Assembly (NCBI GenBank): GCA_043228905.1
Contig: JBHGNT010000009.1
Coordinates: 14,508,001-14,572,000, forward strand
Reading direction: 5' to 3'
Length of the DNA: 64,000 bases
From: Azolla caroliniana
Lineage: Eukaryota > Plantae > Polypodiophyta
Positions 1-13,560 of this stretch are shown one piece after another. Position 1 is the first letter of the stretch. Each line of letters starts with the position of its first letter. The position numbers and the translations under genes are program-made. Under the pieces are notes generated by a model. The model saw only the letters and a list, made by a program, of their open reading frames with translations, did no database searches and was not told where the DNA came from.

Positions 1-2378
1 GGCTATGGAGGAGTTTGTCAAAATGGTTCATGCTAGTGATCCCCTATGGGTCATGTCTGTCGAAGGTTCTAGCCGTAGAGAAACATTAGATTTTGTCGAG
101 TATCTTCATCAATTCCCACGAGGTATAGGTCCAAAACCAGATGGATATCGATCAGAAGCTACAAGAGATGCTGGCATGGTTATGCTTGATGCGCAGACAA
201 TTGTCGATTCCTTCTTCGATGTGGTAAGCTCTCTGTTTGTAAGAATCTGAATTGTCTTATAATTCAGGACCTGCTTATTATCTGAACGTTCTGTTGTAAT
301 GCGTTTATTGCAGAACAAATGGATGGAAATGTTCCCATGCATCATCTGCAAGGGTGATGTTGGTGAGGTTATCTCTGCAGGTTCACCAGGAACACGAAAT
401 GGAGCGTTACAGTTGGTACATACATATATTGTTTGCACAGCTTATTTGCCATTAAATTTTGTGAAGCCTGCCTGATATTAGTCACTGACATTATTAATTA
501 AAATCCCTGTGGGATGATCTTCTCAGATGTATGCAGAGCTTCAGGTGCCTACTCCCATGGTTCCAACAAGGCAGCTGTATTTCCTCCGCTATTGTAAGAC
601 ATTTGCTGATGGCATGTCTGCGATAGTAGATGTTTCTGTGGATAACCTTCGAGGCGACTCTCCATCTATTGTGAATCGGTATAGGAGAAGGCCTTCAGGA
701 TGCCTGATTCAACAGCTACCAAATGGATTCTCAAAGGTAAATTTAAAGATTGCTTGAAGTCTGTATTGATCCAATCCAATCTGTAGGTGATGAATAAACC
801 TGATTTGCTTTTTCTGTATTGTGATTGCAGGTGAGCTGGGTGGAGCACTCTGAGTTCGATGATACTGCATACCACCATCTTTATCGGCCGATGGTGATAA
901 GTGGTATGGCTTTCGGAGCTCATCGTTGGCTGTCAACCCTAAAGAGGCAATGCGAAAGACAATCTATACTCATGGGAAGCACTATGCCACCACATCAAGG
1001 AATGATTCCTCATGTGGGATCAGGTGACTACATGTTATCATAATATAAGGGCTCCCTTGGTAGGGATAGTGTTAGACTAAGAGTTATATATTTCAATTCC
1101 TCAACTACTAACAGTAGTGCCATGATTTATTGATGATCATTTCAGAGGAGGCTAGCAAGATGGGTTTGTTGAAATTGGCCCAGAGGATGACAGCTCAGCT
1201 CTGCAGTAGTCTGAGTGCATCGTCGACATGGACAACCCTTTCGGGGAGTTGTAATGGTGAAGACGAAGTGCGAGTGATGACCCGGGAGTATAGCTCTCTG
1301 AACCAGATGCCTCCTGGGTCCTCCAATGCTATGAATAGCCAGGGTGGGTACGATCAATTGTCTTCTAATTCGGCAGCTGGGATTGTATTGAGTGCTGCCA
1401 CATCCATCTGGTTACCTGCTTCGCCTCAGCGTGTCTTTGAGTTCCTCACCACTTCTCGTAGGGAGGTATTAATTAATACATAGATGAAGGCAGTCATAAT
1501 CTCTTTGACATATCAGAGTTTGAAGTAATTACAACTAATAGTGTAGTTGGGGGAGTGGGGGGTTTCAATAAAATCCTGGCTGATTTGAATGATGTTTATG
1601 GCATTAACAGTGGGATGTGCTGTCCGTGAATGGCCCAATGGATGAGCTTCTGAATGTGCCCACAGGACATGACCCTGGAAACTACGTGTCTTTGATGAAG
1701 GTGAGCTATACTACACCTAACCTCATCTAGACTCACATGTACAGAATAATAACAGCGAGGCATTTCTTTCCAACCAAAATGTAAATTAGGAAGGTGTGGC
1801 ATTGTTATTTGGTCCGATGCCACATACATAAATGCTCATCTAATGTGGCTTTTGTTGGTTTTTGGATGCAGCCTACGAAAAGCACAGGGAGCACCCTCAT
1901 CTTTCAAGAGTGCTGTAGTGATGCATCAGGGGCAAGCTTAGTGTATGCGCCGGTGGACATACAATATATGGATGCCGCCATGAGTGGGGTTGCTACAGGA
2001 TCATCCGAAAGCCCTAATTTCCTCACTGTTCCCTCTGGTTTCATAGTAATGCCTGATGGTCCCCCTAGAATAAACGATACAGAGATGGATACCAAACATC
2101 TTGGCTTGAGTAACAGCAGTAATAATACATCTTCATCTGCGTCAGGTGGATCGTTGGTCACGGTTGCATTCCAGATCCATGTAAATAGCCTGCCCAAATC
2201 AAAGCTCACCCTGGAATCGATCAGTACCGTCAATACTCTGGTTTGTAACACAGTCAGCAATATAAAGAAAGCTCTTCTCCGAGGCAGCACTAGCAGCAAT
2301 GCTAACATGAGTGGTGGAGACTTGTGTACTGAAGACCCACCACAGCCGTCCTCCACAGTCCATCTTTCGTCCGTCTGA
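1..2378 (+). CDS. HD-ZIP class IV transcription factor (GL2/ML1/PDF2/HDG family), 3' part encoding START and SAD domains; 5' end lies outside the window
   Basis: Spliced exons with GT-AG borders: <1-223, 314-415, 527-736, 831-1023, ~1146-1465, 1611-1700, 1872-2378(TGA). Motifs: [123 protein letters not shown]. The 1146 acceptor is the least certain. Confidence 0.93.
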
Positions 2379-4869
2379 AGGGCCAATCTAATCATCCTAT
2401 CCTTTTTTTGAAGTGTGAGGGAGATCTCAACATTGTTCTTGATTCTGTCTCTCTTAAATTTCCTCAGACAGAGCAGTGTTGAGTCTTCCCTCAACTTGAC
2501 AGTAGGCTTTACCGTCTTAGATTTGTTTTACAGCCTTTTGACATAGATATAGATAGATAGATAGTTAAAATATCCATCACTGCAACAAACCTTGAGCACT
2601 ACTAATGAGAGAAAGTCAAGAACGCACCACAACAGCTCTTTTTCACCCTTGCAATGTGGTAATCACCCAGGAATACTCAAGTAACACACACACACACACG
2701 CGCGCGCGTGCTCATACCCACTCACTCACACTCACACATATACATATATCATTTGACATCATACATATACGATAACAAGCTTGTAATTAAGCTCTAACAG
2801 AGGATGCTTGAGTTTTGTAGGCAGCTCACATGCTCTAGTAGTTGACTCCATATGAGAGTTTTGGGTGTTTTGTTTTTGGTACCACATTGCAAGGGTAGTG
2901 GTTCGGGCATTGACTTCCTTTTCCCATCTTTAAGATATATACATATAATATATATACCTAGTTCTCACAGGCTGCTTTAGTTTTTCTGTCTATTTAGTGG
3001 TGGCTTAGTTTTCTTACTCAGTATCAATCAGCTCAGACACAACAACAGCTAGCACCAATTTTGTTGCCAAGTTGGACTACTTGTGATCTCAACTTCATCA
3101 ATGTATTTGTAGCATTTGACAGTTTTGGTTACAACTAAAAGGAATGTTGTTGATTTAGTGATATTGTGAAGTGTCTGGTTAAAGAGCAGCCCTGGTAAGT
3201 TAACATGTGTGCATGTGCAAATTGTGTATGTGTTTCTAAGTAATGTTTCTAGTGTCCCTAATGGACTTACTCCAATCTCAATGACTTGGAGTTAAACGAA
3301 TGATTGGTGTGAAGGAGACGATGGACTTGGAAAATGAACTTGTTTGAACAGAGGATTGGAGGGATGGAATGTGAATGAGCTTGTGTGTGCATAGCAGCAC
3401 CGTGATATATGAAGAGATTGAGGTATATAGGTATTCATTGCTTGAATCAAATGGCGTAGTTACCATGTTAACAATACATACTAGATGGAGGGTTGGTATG
3501 ACATGGCTTAAAGCATGTTGTAGCAATATACATATACTCTGATTTGGGGGTTAGAGGATGAAGGTCTTGAAGTACAACCCGAGGTGGGTTTTGAGTTTGA
3601 TCATTCCTAAATTTACCACCCCTTTCTTGACTGCGATACAGGGATTGCCTTGCCCACTTCGAGATCTCGTCAATTTGTATGGAAGCCCTTGGTTCCAAGC
3701 TGAAAATAATAAGGGGCATGTAATTGGCAATGAAGCACTCCAAATGTTGTAAATTCCGTCGATTAACTTTCGTGTATTTCTTTCATTTTTATTGATTTTG
3801 GATTCTGATGCCCAATATGGTAATGCCAAAGTATTGCGAAAGTGTGTAGTTTGCATGTGAATCGAGCATTACCAAAAGTTTTTCCTACAAAGTCTCCTCT
3901 AAATGTTGTTCCATGTCGGCCTTTATGAAATGATTATGTAACAAGGGCTTGATGCATCATCCTTGTTTTTGTAATGTGATTATGGAAAGATGATGTGGTA
4001 TGTTTACTCAAAGAGAAGGGCATGGCTTTTGGAAGTTTTATGAAGGGGCAGTGGCTGGTGGAGAATAAAGTTAAGTGTGTTTAGTTTGATCGAGGAGAAT
4101 TTCTTTGAAAATCTATTCGATAAGTATGCATTGCCAAAAGGATTCTAGAATGGAGTAATGTTAGAAGTAGAGCATTAAGTAAATGTCCTAATGTGTGCTC
4201 AAAGAAGTGGCACTACACAACCCTATGGTCTATATCATACTCAACTAAGTTTCATGAGAGCTGAACCGATGAATCCATGGGAGACCTTCAGCCACACTTA
4301 TGCAAATGCTAGGTTAGGCATGGCAAAGTTTGATGCCAATAGCAATTGTTGCATCTTTTTTGATACAATGTGAAGTCTAAGATCTATATGGTGGTGTCCA
4401 TGTTCTCTCTCAACTAGGACATAGTCCCAAACTGGATTGGGACTCACCATGAAGCTTGATCCCAATCCTAATCCTAAAGGTGCCACCTTGGGTTGGAACA
4501 AAGAAGTCCCAATGGGTATCCCCAACATACTAGCCAACTAATCGCTAGTCCCAACAACCATCCCTTGGCCGATATAATGAGGATCAGTCCTCATTTGTGA
4601 TCCATTCCCTCATTCTCTGATTCATCATTTTGGCTCTACGGAGCATGTAGTGTTTGTTATCTTCTCCTTGGTTTGGGAGTTGTCTCGACTCAGTCATGAC
4701 TCATCTTGGAGTTAGTCCCAACTCTTATTTCTGTTTGTCCCAGTTTGGGACTATTGTATGCTTTTGTATTCACAATGGAATATAAGTATAATTTGTGTCC
4801 CACATTGTTTCACAATGCATTTTTTGTGTGGTTTAAGGACCCCCCATAAAATAGGGGCGTAATATATAG

Positions 4870-5800
4870 GGAAAAAAATGATACTTATTCACGAGATCTA
4901 GATACTAGGAGTTAACGAAAGGTGGAACAAGATGAAGAGGTAAGATTTAAGGATATTGGTAATTTGTAGGATCTAATGAACTTTACACAAATTTTGAAAA
5001 AACTTATGATGGAATGCCATCTCCAACGTAGGTGTATCGACTCTCTCCATTCAATAGATTGAGTCAATAGGTGGAAGATCAAATGGTAGGTTGGAGAAGG
5101 TGAAACAAAATAGAGTACTCACCACTAAAGTGTGTAGCGAATTATACTATAAACCTAGCACTTATTGTTGTGATTCTTGGAATTGTTATGGAATTAAGGT
5201 TTGTAGAGGCAATGCAAGATTTGTGGTGACGATGAACTATGGAGAGTCTAGTGTTGGGGAACATTATGGACAACCAAACTTGGGATATAGTGGATCAATT
5301 GGATAAAATGTTATTGGAGCAACTTCGAAAGCAGGTGCGATCTGTCCAAATTTGGAAAACTGTGACCACAATAACGTTATGGGCATTATGGAAATATCGA
5401 TGTAACCGACTTTATGATGCGGTAGACATTCATCTCTCAGATGTGTTGTTTGAGATATGGGAGAACTTGCTGGTAGTAGTTCGTGGCCAGTATGACAATA
5501 TGCAGGGCTCCCCATATACTGTGAACAAGAAAAGGAAAAAGCTTCTTCACTTATGGAAAAAGGTGCCCCTATTTACAATGTCAACTCAAGAGCCTCAATG
5601 GCAATATCAACTTCCATGAACTCTTTCTTGAATATCAACAAATGTAAACATCCTTTACAAAGTTCGATATTGGGTCTTAGGAGTATTTTACATCATTGTA
5701 TAAGAAAAGTTGTAACCTCCTTGGTAGCTAGGTTCAAGTTGTAGCCTTCGGGCATTTTGTTTTTAATACTATTGAAGAAAAACTTTTATAAAAAAAAAAA
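4870..5800 (+). mobile_element. Degenerate 3' end of an L1-type LINE with poly(A) remnant
   Basis: ORF 5239-5619 contains ITLWALWKYRCNRLY, resembling the W-x-I/L-W-x-x-R-N motif at L1/Tx1 ORF2 C-termini. A short 3' UTR and an A-run at ~5790-5800 follow. The 5' boundary is approximate. Confidence 0.6.
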
Positions 5801-6850
5801 GTGACCTTAGAAGACTTTAATACAAGGATGATATGTTGGTGGAGTGAAGTGTGTTTATAGAAGAGTATCTTTCACACCAATAGCAAAGCTAAGCTTGGTA
5901 GAATTCGAGAAGTTATGATGGTATTTACATCTTGGAACATTATGCACACTAGAACATCATTCTACACACTAGAACATCAAGTTGCTTTTTTGAATGGCTA
6001 TCTAAAGGAGTAGTTATTAGCTTTTAAGCTACCTAATTTAGAAAACAAGGGTTTGTGGCTAGGGAAAGCTTTGTATGGGCAAGAACACGCACGAAGGGAT
6101 AACTATTATCCATGAGAAGGCCAAATTTGATCTATGGGATTGAATCAACATATCATCTTGTATGTGACTCCTTCCTAAGAAAGGGGTTACTACTTTGTAG
6201 TAAAAATTCTCTATGTGAAAATAATGCATGCAGATATGTGATCGTCCTTGATGAACATTTGACCATGAGACTTACATTAGCATGCCTCTCTAACAAGCCA
6301 TCATTACCTTATAAGTCGAGCATTTGATAAGCAACTGACATTCATCCGCCACTAGTTCTTCATTGCATACCTTGCATATCTTCATACTTCTATGATGATG
6401 CCATGATGGTACTTCCACACCTAACTTGTGTGAGTGAGTTCGAAGAAGTGGATGTAGAGTACAAAGTGGTGTGCTATGTAGAACTTGAAGCAATACATCG
6501 ACATGGATAGGATGTGATAGCTTGAATTGCATTAGTATTACAATAAATTTGTTCCATGAGTGGAGTAGACAATTTGAGAGACCATTTGGAATGAAGAGGT
6601 AAAGTTGGAGTTGTCCATCCAATGTCAATTGTGTGGAGCTCTTCATAAAGGCCCTAACATTTTAGTAGATTAAAACCTATTTTGAATTGTTCAGCTTGAA
6701 TAATATTCACAAGGCGATGAAAAGATTGAGTTGTACCATCAAAGAGTCCAAGCAAGTGAATGACATGGTAGTACATGAGAAGATGGTATGAGAGTCTAGA
6801 CATGTATGAGCACCAATTAACTTGAGATCTCATTTTGAATGGAAGGGTGA
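5801..6850 (+). mobile_element. Highly decayed Ty1/copia RT/RNase H remnant
   Basis: Fragmentary motifs AFLNGYLKE (~5984-6010), KALYG (~6065) and an ELFIKAL (DIFTKAL-like) remnant near 6636-6657; many stops and frameshifts. Confidence 0.45.
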
Positions 6851-7665
6851 AGTGTTGGGAGTCTTTTTCATTGAAGGATCACTGTGCAACATCTTCTTGA
6901 GGACCCTAGGATCTAAATGGATCTAATAGTTGTTGCACATTGTTCACATGGTGAGAATATCAAGTTAGATGATGCAAGAATCAAGCAACTGAATGATATA
7001 ATTGTCCGTGAGAAGATGGCATATGAGTTTAGAGATAAGATGACACTAGAATTCATACTATAATTGGTTATCTTGATTCCAAATTAAAGTGATAACAAAC
7101 CTCGTGGGTGTAGTATAAGTATTTCTAATACACCACTGGCATTTATTTTCTTTGATTTACTGTGAATTTTATTTTTATTGGAGTGTTTTATGTATTTCCA
7201 CAAGCAAGCAAGGAATCTGAACTTCAACAAGGAGAATATGGAAGTCTCCACATCCCTTTTCACCTGAAGCAAGATGCTACGAGTGTTTTAATTGTATCCA
7301 AACATCTTAGCTTTCTACGCCTCTAAACTTCCATTAACTTCTAAGCAAACATTTCATTTCCACAAGCAGAGGTCTCGGTGAAACATGGAACTGAAACATG
7401 AATTAATAGTACATTGCTAATGAAAATGCCGTTTCTCAAAATGAAGCATTTTCCCTTTGATAGGATAATTCTTTGCAACTGTTAATCCAGCAGATTACAA
7501 TAACTTTAGAAACATTCAATAATGCTCTGTTTAGGGGAGAACTTTGAAACAAAAGCCTTCCATTAGTTCTTGATTCCATCAGTTGTCATTAAGGTGATGT
7601 GAGAGGTGGTTGTATACAATCTCCAACAAATATTTAAAACTTCAAATGGACATTACATAAATTTG

Positions 7666-10600
7666 TTATTTACTTGTAGAAGTTTTTTCAAGGGTCACAA
7701 CAGTCAGACCAGAATGTGTATCTTTCTGTGGTGGCTCCACCAACATATGTGGTGGTGTGAAATACATTTGTAAGGACATAATGCATATTAATATCCCCAA
7801 GAAAAGCTGCTCAAAACACAAAATATACATTCAGAGTCACAATTGTAAATGCAGATTTCCATAAATCTTATTTAACCCCTGAAAATATACAAGAGAATTG
7901 TCACCTGTAATGATGGCTTGAAATTGAATAGGAAGATGGATACAATCATAGTGAGCAGCATTGCCATAGATGTGGCATAAACCTGATTTTCATTCATGCA
8001 GCAGTATCATTCATTTACGTACATGCGAACAGGAAAGGTTATTTTAAAGCAACAATAAAATAACTGATTAGTCTGATAAATAAAAAAATTGATCTTAGAG
8101 ACTATAGAGCTATGGAAATATTACTTCAAAGATTCTCATTTATTGGTTGACCAAACCAAATTACATTAAATCCTTTGAAGCATTCACATACCTTGACAAT
8201 GTTGTCTGCATACTTCATAATCCATGACACAAGCAAACCAGAACAGCCCAAGTTGAGAACAACCAGCCATGTTACAACATCATACCCATCCACCAATCTT
8301 GGAATCTTCTGCCAACCACCTTCAACCACTAATCTTAAAAAGTTAAACAGAACACCAAACCTGTATAAAGGAACCAAGAAAGAAATTTATCATGGAGAAT
8401 CCAGAAACATCTTTCATTCAACACAGAAATCTTCCTACAACATAAAGTACTCACGCATAAAGCTGAGCATTCTGCCAGTAAAGCATTTCATTACTTTTCT
8501 TCATCAAATATTCGGTGTAAACACCTGCCAATGCTGAAAGAAAGGCAGATAAAATTCCAAAAAGGTATCCCTCAATTCGAGCTGAGAACAAACTTCCACA
8601 GTTTGATTCACCGCATCCTTTTATCTGAAGACTGGCTTTAGTTAGTTTCCATCTGATTATAGAATATTTTGTAATGTTTTCATACAATAATTACCTGACT
8701 TGTGGTGGTGCCAACTGTCAGCAATATGATAGCCATCCATTGAAGGTATGACAGCCTTCTCTTCAGAAACAACCTTCAAACCACATTATCCCTCACTCTC
8801 TATCAGCATAAATGCATGCTTATAGTTTGATTTGTAGAGTAAAATCTTCTCCCATTGAAAGGGAGCACAGGTGATTGAACAAGTACATGGTTGCATATCA
8901 GTTTACAATGGTTATGTTTCCAAAATAAGTCTAACGATAGGCAGTTTCTTTAGGGTTTGGGCTCTTGGTTATTGTTAGCAATAAGGAAATAACAAAATGT
9001 ACGTTAAACTTTGTGCATTGTTCAGGGGAATTCTAGTCTCCTGGAATTTCTAGAATCAACTAAGAATATAATGACATGGTATAGATAAAAATCCCTACTG
9101 AAAGACTACAATATCAAGCAAAGGACACCTACCATACATGATCGAAATTGAGTTACCATGAGGCTAGCACTTAAGAAACTACAAATGTAAATAGAACATG
9201 AAAATGACAACTGCAGTACATAAACATGATTTATTAATACAATAATATGGCATAGATACGCCTCCTAAATATTATACCATTTCCATATAGGAAACACCGA
9301 AGACCAAGCTATATATGGAGGATATTGAGCTACCAAGAGACTCCCACTGGAAACTTTTAGAAAACTATGAAAGTACATATCAACAAATGTAAAAAGAACA
9401 CGCAAATGACCGCTGCAGTAAATATCATGGCATTGATCAATCTACAAAAAGAGCAGTCATTGCTAAAATGAAAAAATAAAGTTAACTAATGAAAGCACCT
9501 GAAGAGTATACCAGTTGTCACTATCTTCAAGTTCCCCATTATTTGATAAGTTGATGTATCAACATATATCAATGTCCCAAACTGCACATTGTTATGAATG
9601 AGGTAGATGAGAGATGGAACTGGGTATAGCCGAAGATTTTTCCAGTCTATCATATCAATGACATCACCGATGCTCTTGTCTCTTAATAGAAACAGCAAAC
9701 TGACTACCAGCTGCAAAAAAAATCATGATTAAGGATTTCCGGCACTAATTTTTAAACACAATTTCTCAAAAAATTGAATGCTTACTTTCAGTAATTCAGC
9801 AAAGAAGGGTACAGTTCCAGAGTCATAAAGATACCTTCCTTCAGTTTGGGATAGAGTTGTCAAAATTCCCTACAACAGTGTGTAAAGGTAAGTGGCACTG
9901 GCAGGTATGCACATATCCAAAATTTGTGTCAAAACGTATTATTTCACTATGCCAACTGTAAATATGAGCCCGTGGAACCTTGATGTGGCCTGAATTAACA
10001 TACACCATTAAAATCAAAAGACATTCAAAATGTTAGCACAGTTTGAGACCCAGCTTCAAAATAGAGTTACAGTTTGAATTATGGCATGCCATTAGTTGAT
10101 GGGATTATATCTCAGGCAGTCTGGATGTGTAAGTATTCAAAGGATTATCCGTCTGTATTTTAATTATTTGTTAAGCAGTAAGCAATTATATTAGGACAAA
10201 GATCAAACATGTTTATCATAAACAAAAATGGATGGGCAATCTTATATATTTTCAGGGACTATCAAAACATTCATTAACAATCTTGCGTGGGATTGTCCTA
10301 CATGTTAGGGGGGTAGCTTTGAACACAATATTGAGTCACTTTTCTTGCTCTCTAAATACGATTAATTATCAAATTAAGTTTAACTAAGATTGATGATAGT
10401 GTTAATGATGTGATTAGCCACCTTCATAATGTTTAATTTATTTGTAAACATATCAATGAGTTATTCTCCATCCTTTACACAGCAATGGGTTCTCATTCTT
10501 TTTAATGTGCAGCAATAATAACTAATCAATATTTACCACACTTGGTTTCTCACTACTTGACTGATTTTTCTTTAGGCTTTCAAGCCTTCAAATGGTATTT

Positions 10601-12818
10601 TTTTGCAGAAGATGTGAAACTCTTACCAAACGATCCCTATAAGCTGTAAAAAGAGAAGTTATATCTTACATCTTACAATTCCAATTTTTATGGAAATTTT
10701 AAACCATGTGATATTAGACTGTTTCAGAAATTAAAAAAGTATGGCAGCTCATTTTCAGAATGATCTGTATTTACTTGGTGAAAGATATCTCTAAATCACT
10801 TTAACTTTAAGATAAAGTACATCATTACATCATAAAAGAATATATGTCCAGGATTAATTTACAATAATTAGGAAACGTGCTCCCCTAATTCTAATATTTA
10901 ATTACTAATTGCTCTCGTCTTAGAAAGCGAGTAATGTAAAATGGGGTGTGAACACTCCTGTAAGGAACATGAACATTCAGAATGAGCTCCACCTTACAGT
11001 CTATACAAGCCCCGTCCCAAATTCATGAGTTATATACCAAGTTTTAGTGCATGCATACTCTCATTGTTCTTCTCTGATGCTACTTATTATTCTATTCCTT
11101 TACCTCACCGATGGTACAACATAAAACAAAGATACAATTTATGGTAGAGAATGCTTGCCTACAATAATCCTGATCAGGGGATATCTGCCTCTCTCTAGAT
11201 TACAAGGCTCATGGGTTATACCAGCATCCAATCATGGGATCATTCCAGACCATGCCCTATACGCCAGAGGACAGCCAGATGCGATCAGTAAGGTTCATCA
11301 CTGCCTTGCTCTACCACACCAAATTAGGCACCACCTCCCCTCGCCGCCAGTCATCCCATACACAGTAGTTATGAACTTACACTTGTAAAATCAACTCAAG
11401 AATCATTACCAATTATAAAGTCGTCTCATGCATTAAGATCAATATCATGGATCTTTAGGAAACCTACGACTTTTATTTTGTAATCATGCATATTTACAAT
11501 AATGATTTTCTCATTGGCTGCTGAACATTTTCTGTTTTCCTGTCCTTTCTTTCTCTTTGCATATGAGCAAAGATCAAAGAAAACATAAATTATATTAGCT
11601 TCTTTAAAGAGAACAAAGTGGAGTTATCAGACCCCCAATTATTTCAATAATCGGATTCACAAACTCCCACACTTCCATACACTTTTCCTGAAGAGAGTGG
11701 CATCAATGTATTTAGACCCAAAACAGAAAGAGAGAAGAGCCGTTGCATCATATTCAGAATAAATCATCAAAAATAAGAGAAAAGGCATTTTATCAAATGT
11801 TGGAACCAGATGTTAAAAAGATAAATGTAATGCATCATTGAAACGTAATAAAGACATTGCATCAGACGTGGAATTAGACACTATAAATACAAAATGTTTG
11901 CATAGTCAAAAGCCAGAAAAAAACATGCTACTACAGATAAAGAATCCAACTAACAGAAGAGAAATGGAAGAGAAAAGGAACTTTGTATCACATGCTTTAA
12001 ATTACACATCAGCGAAATGTGTGCATAAACTTAAAAGGGAGAAAAGGAATGTTGCACAAGAATCTGTGTCACTATGAAACACACTTAAGTTAGCTGAAAG
12101 ATGACATGGCTAAAAGAGCTGAAATGCTATATCTAAAACACAGCACCTCATTTATAGTTCTAACTTCTTCTTCCTCTAATAACTAATTTCTACATAATCT
12201 ATATACAGTTATTTCTAGGGAAACTGTAAAAGGTTGATTTTGGGGGTTGGAGGGATTTAACAACGATCATCGGATTGTTTTTGAGTTGATCTATGTTGCT
12301 CAAAAATATCACCATTGTATCGGTGCCTCTTGCATCAACCACCCTTTTCTACGTTGCTTGGTAGGCAGAAGATTTACCTCGATCTTAGACCCATGACTAT
12401 CCTAAGAATTACCCATCTTTCAGTATGTTTGCCAATGTATTAGCTTCATATCAATGTTCCTATTTCTGTAAACAAGTGATTCATCGGTTGCAATAATAGT
12501 GTGATGAGGTCTTGATTATCATTCTCCGCCATAGGGGATGTGATTGCAATGGCATCAGGAGTATGTAGTTCTTAACTTAAAGAATTGTCTCCAAACAAAA
12601 ATAGCTGAAACATTTCTCAATTTATGAAAACAGAGAGCAAGATGAAACTAGGAGGACATAAAAGAAGAAGAAGAAGGGTAGAAGGAAGGAAACAAATCTA
12701 CCTGTGAGCTTGTGAAGACAGTCAGAGTGGCAGCGACGATGAAAGCACGAAGACGGACAGGATGGAAGCCTTCGCTAGCAGCAGCAGCTGAAGGGATCCT
12801 CATGCTTCGCAAAAACAT
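7666..12818 (-). CDS. Nucleotide-sugar transporter, SLC35A family (plant CMP-sialic acid transporter 1-like)
   Basis: Eight exons with consistent phases: 12818/12803-12702, 9869-9786, 9710-9499, 8773-8695, 8624-8455, 8360-8192, 7982-7905, 7806-7666(TAA). Motifs: LTVFTSSQGILTTLSQ, YPVPSLIYLIHNNVQF, TSTYQIMGNLKIVTTGILFR, SALAGVYTEYLMKK, GLLVSWIMKYADNIVKVYATSMAMLLT. The start codon could be 12818 or 12803. Confidence 0.92.
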
Positions 12819-13039
12819 AACATTGGGCAGCAATAAAAAAGAAAATTAAAGAAAAGCCCGGCCCTGCCCTGTTTCTATACAAATGTTGGCCGGCCGACAG
12901 CCTCTATACATATGTATATGCATAGATTGAGCCATGCGTAATATTCGTTGTAGTAATATTCGTGGTATTCGACATCCGTACTATTCGCGCGCTATTTGAG
13001 AATATAAAACGGCCCCAAGAATATTATAAAACCATTCGT

Positions 13040-13560
13040 TTACATATACATGTACACACATACATATATGACATATGTATATATACACACATACATATAT
13101 GATATATACGTATACATACATACATATATCATATATACATATACACACATACATACATGTGTATACACACACAAATATCACTCATATATGTATATACACA
13201 TATACATCAATAATTAATTAACTCACTAATATCATAATTAATTAATTCACTTAAACATTAATTGATTCACTAATATCATAATTAATTAATTCACTTAAAA
13301 CATTAAATGATTCGCTAATATCATAATTAATTCACTTAAACATTAATTGATTCCCTAATATCATAATTAATTAATTCACTTAAAACATTAAATGATTCGC
13401 TAATATCATAATTAATTAATTCACTTAAACATTAATTGATTCACTAATATCATAATTAATTAACTCACTTAAACATTAATTGACTCACTAATACATTAAT
13501 TAATTTACTAATACTGTATACATATCTTAATTCATTAAAAAATTAATTAATTAATTGAAA
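13040..13560. repeat. (TA/CA) microsatellite followed by an AT-rich ~40-bp tandem repeat
   Basis: 13040-13205 is alternating TA/CA. 13206-13560 has repeated AATTAATTCACTTAAACATTAATTGATTCACTAATATCAT-like units. Confidence 0.85.

Noticed and set aside
3278-4540. Short ORFs possibly from an old transposon
   Set aside because: No diagnostic motif that I could identify.
11155-11388. Possible LINE RT relic in the transporter intron (GCPLA on the minus strand)
   Set aside because: A single short motif is insufficient.
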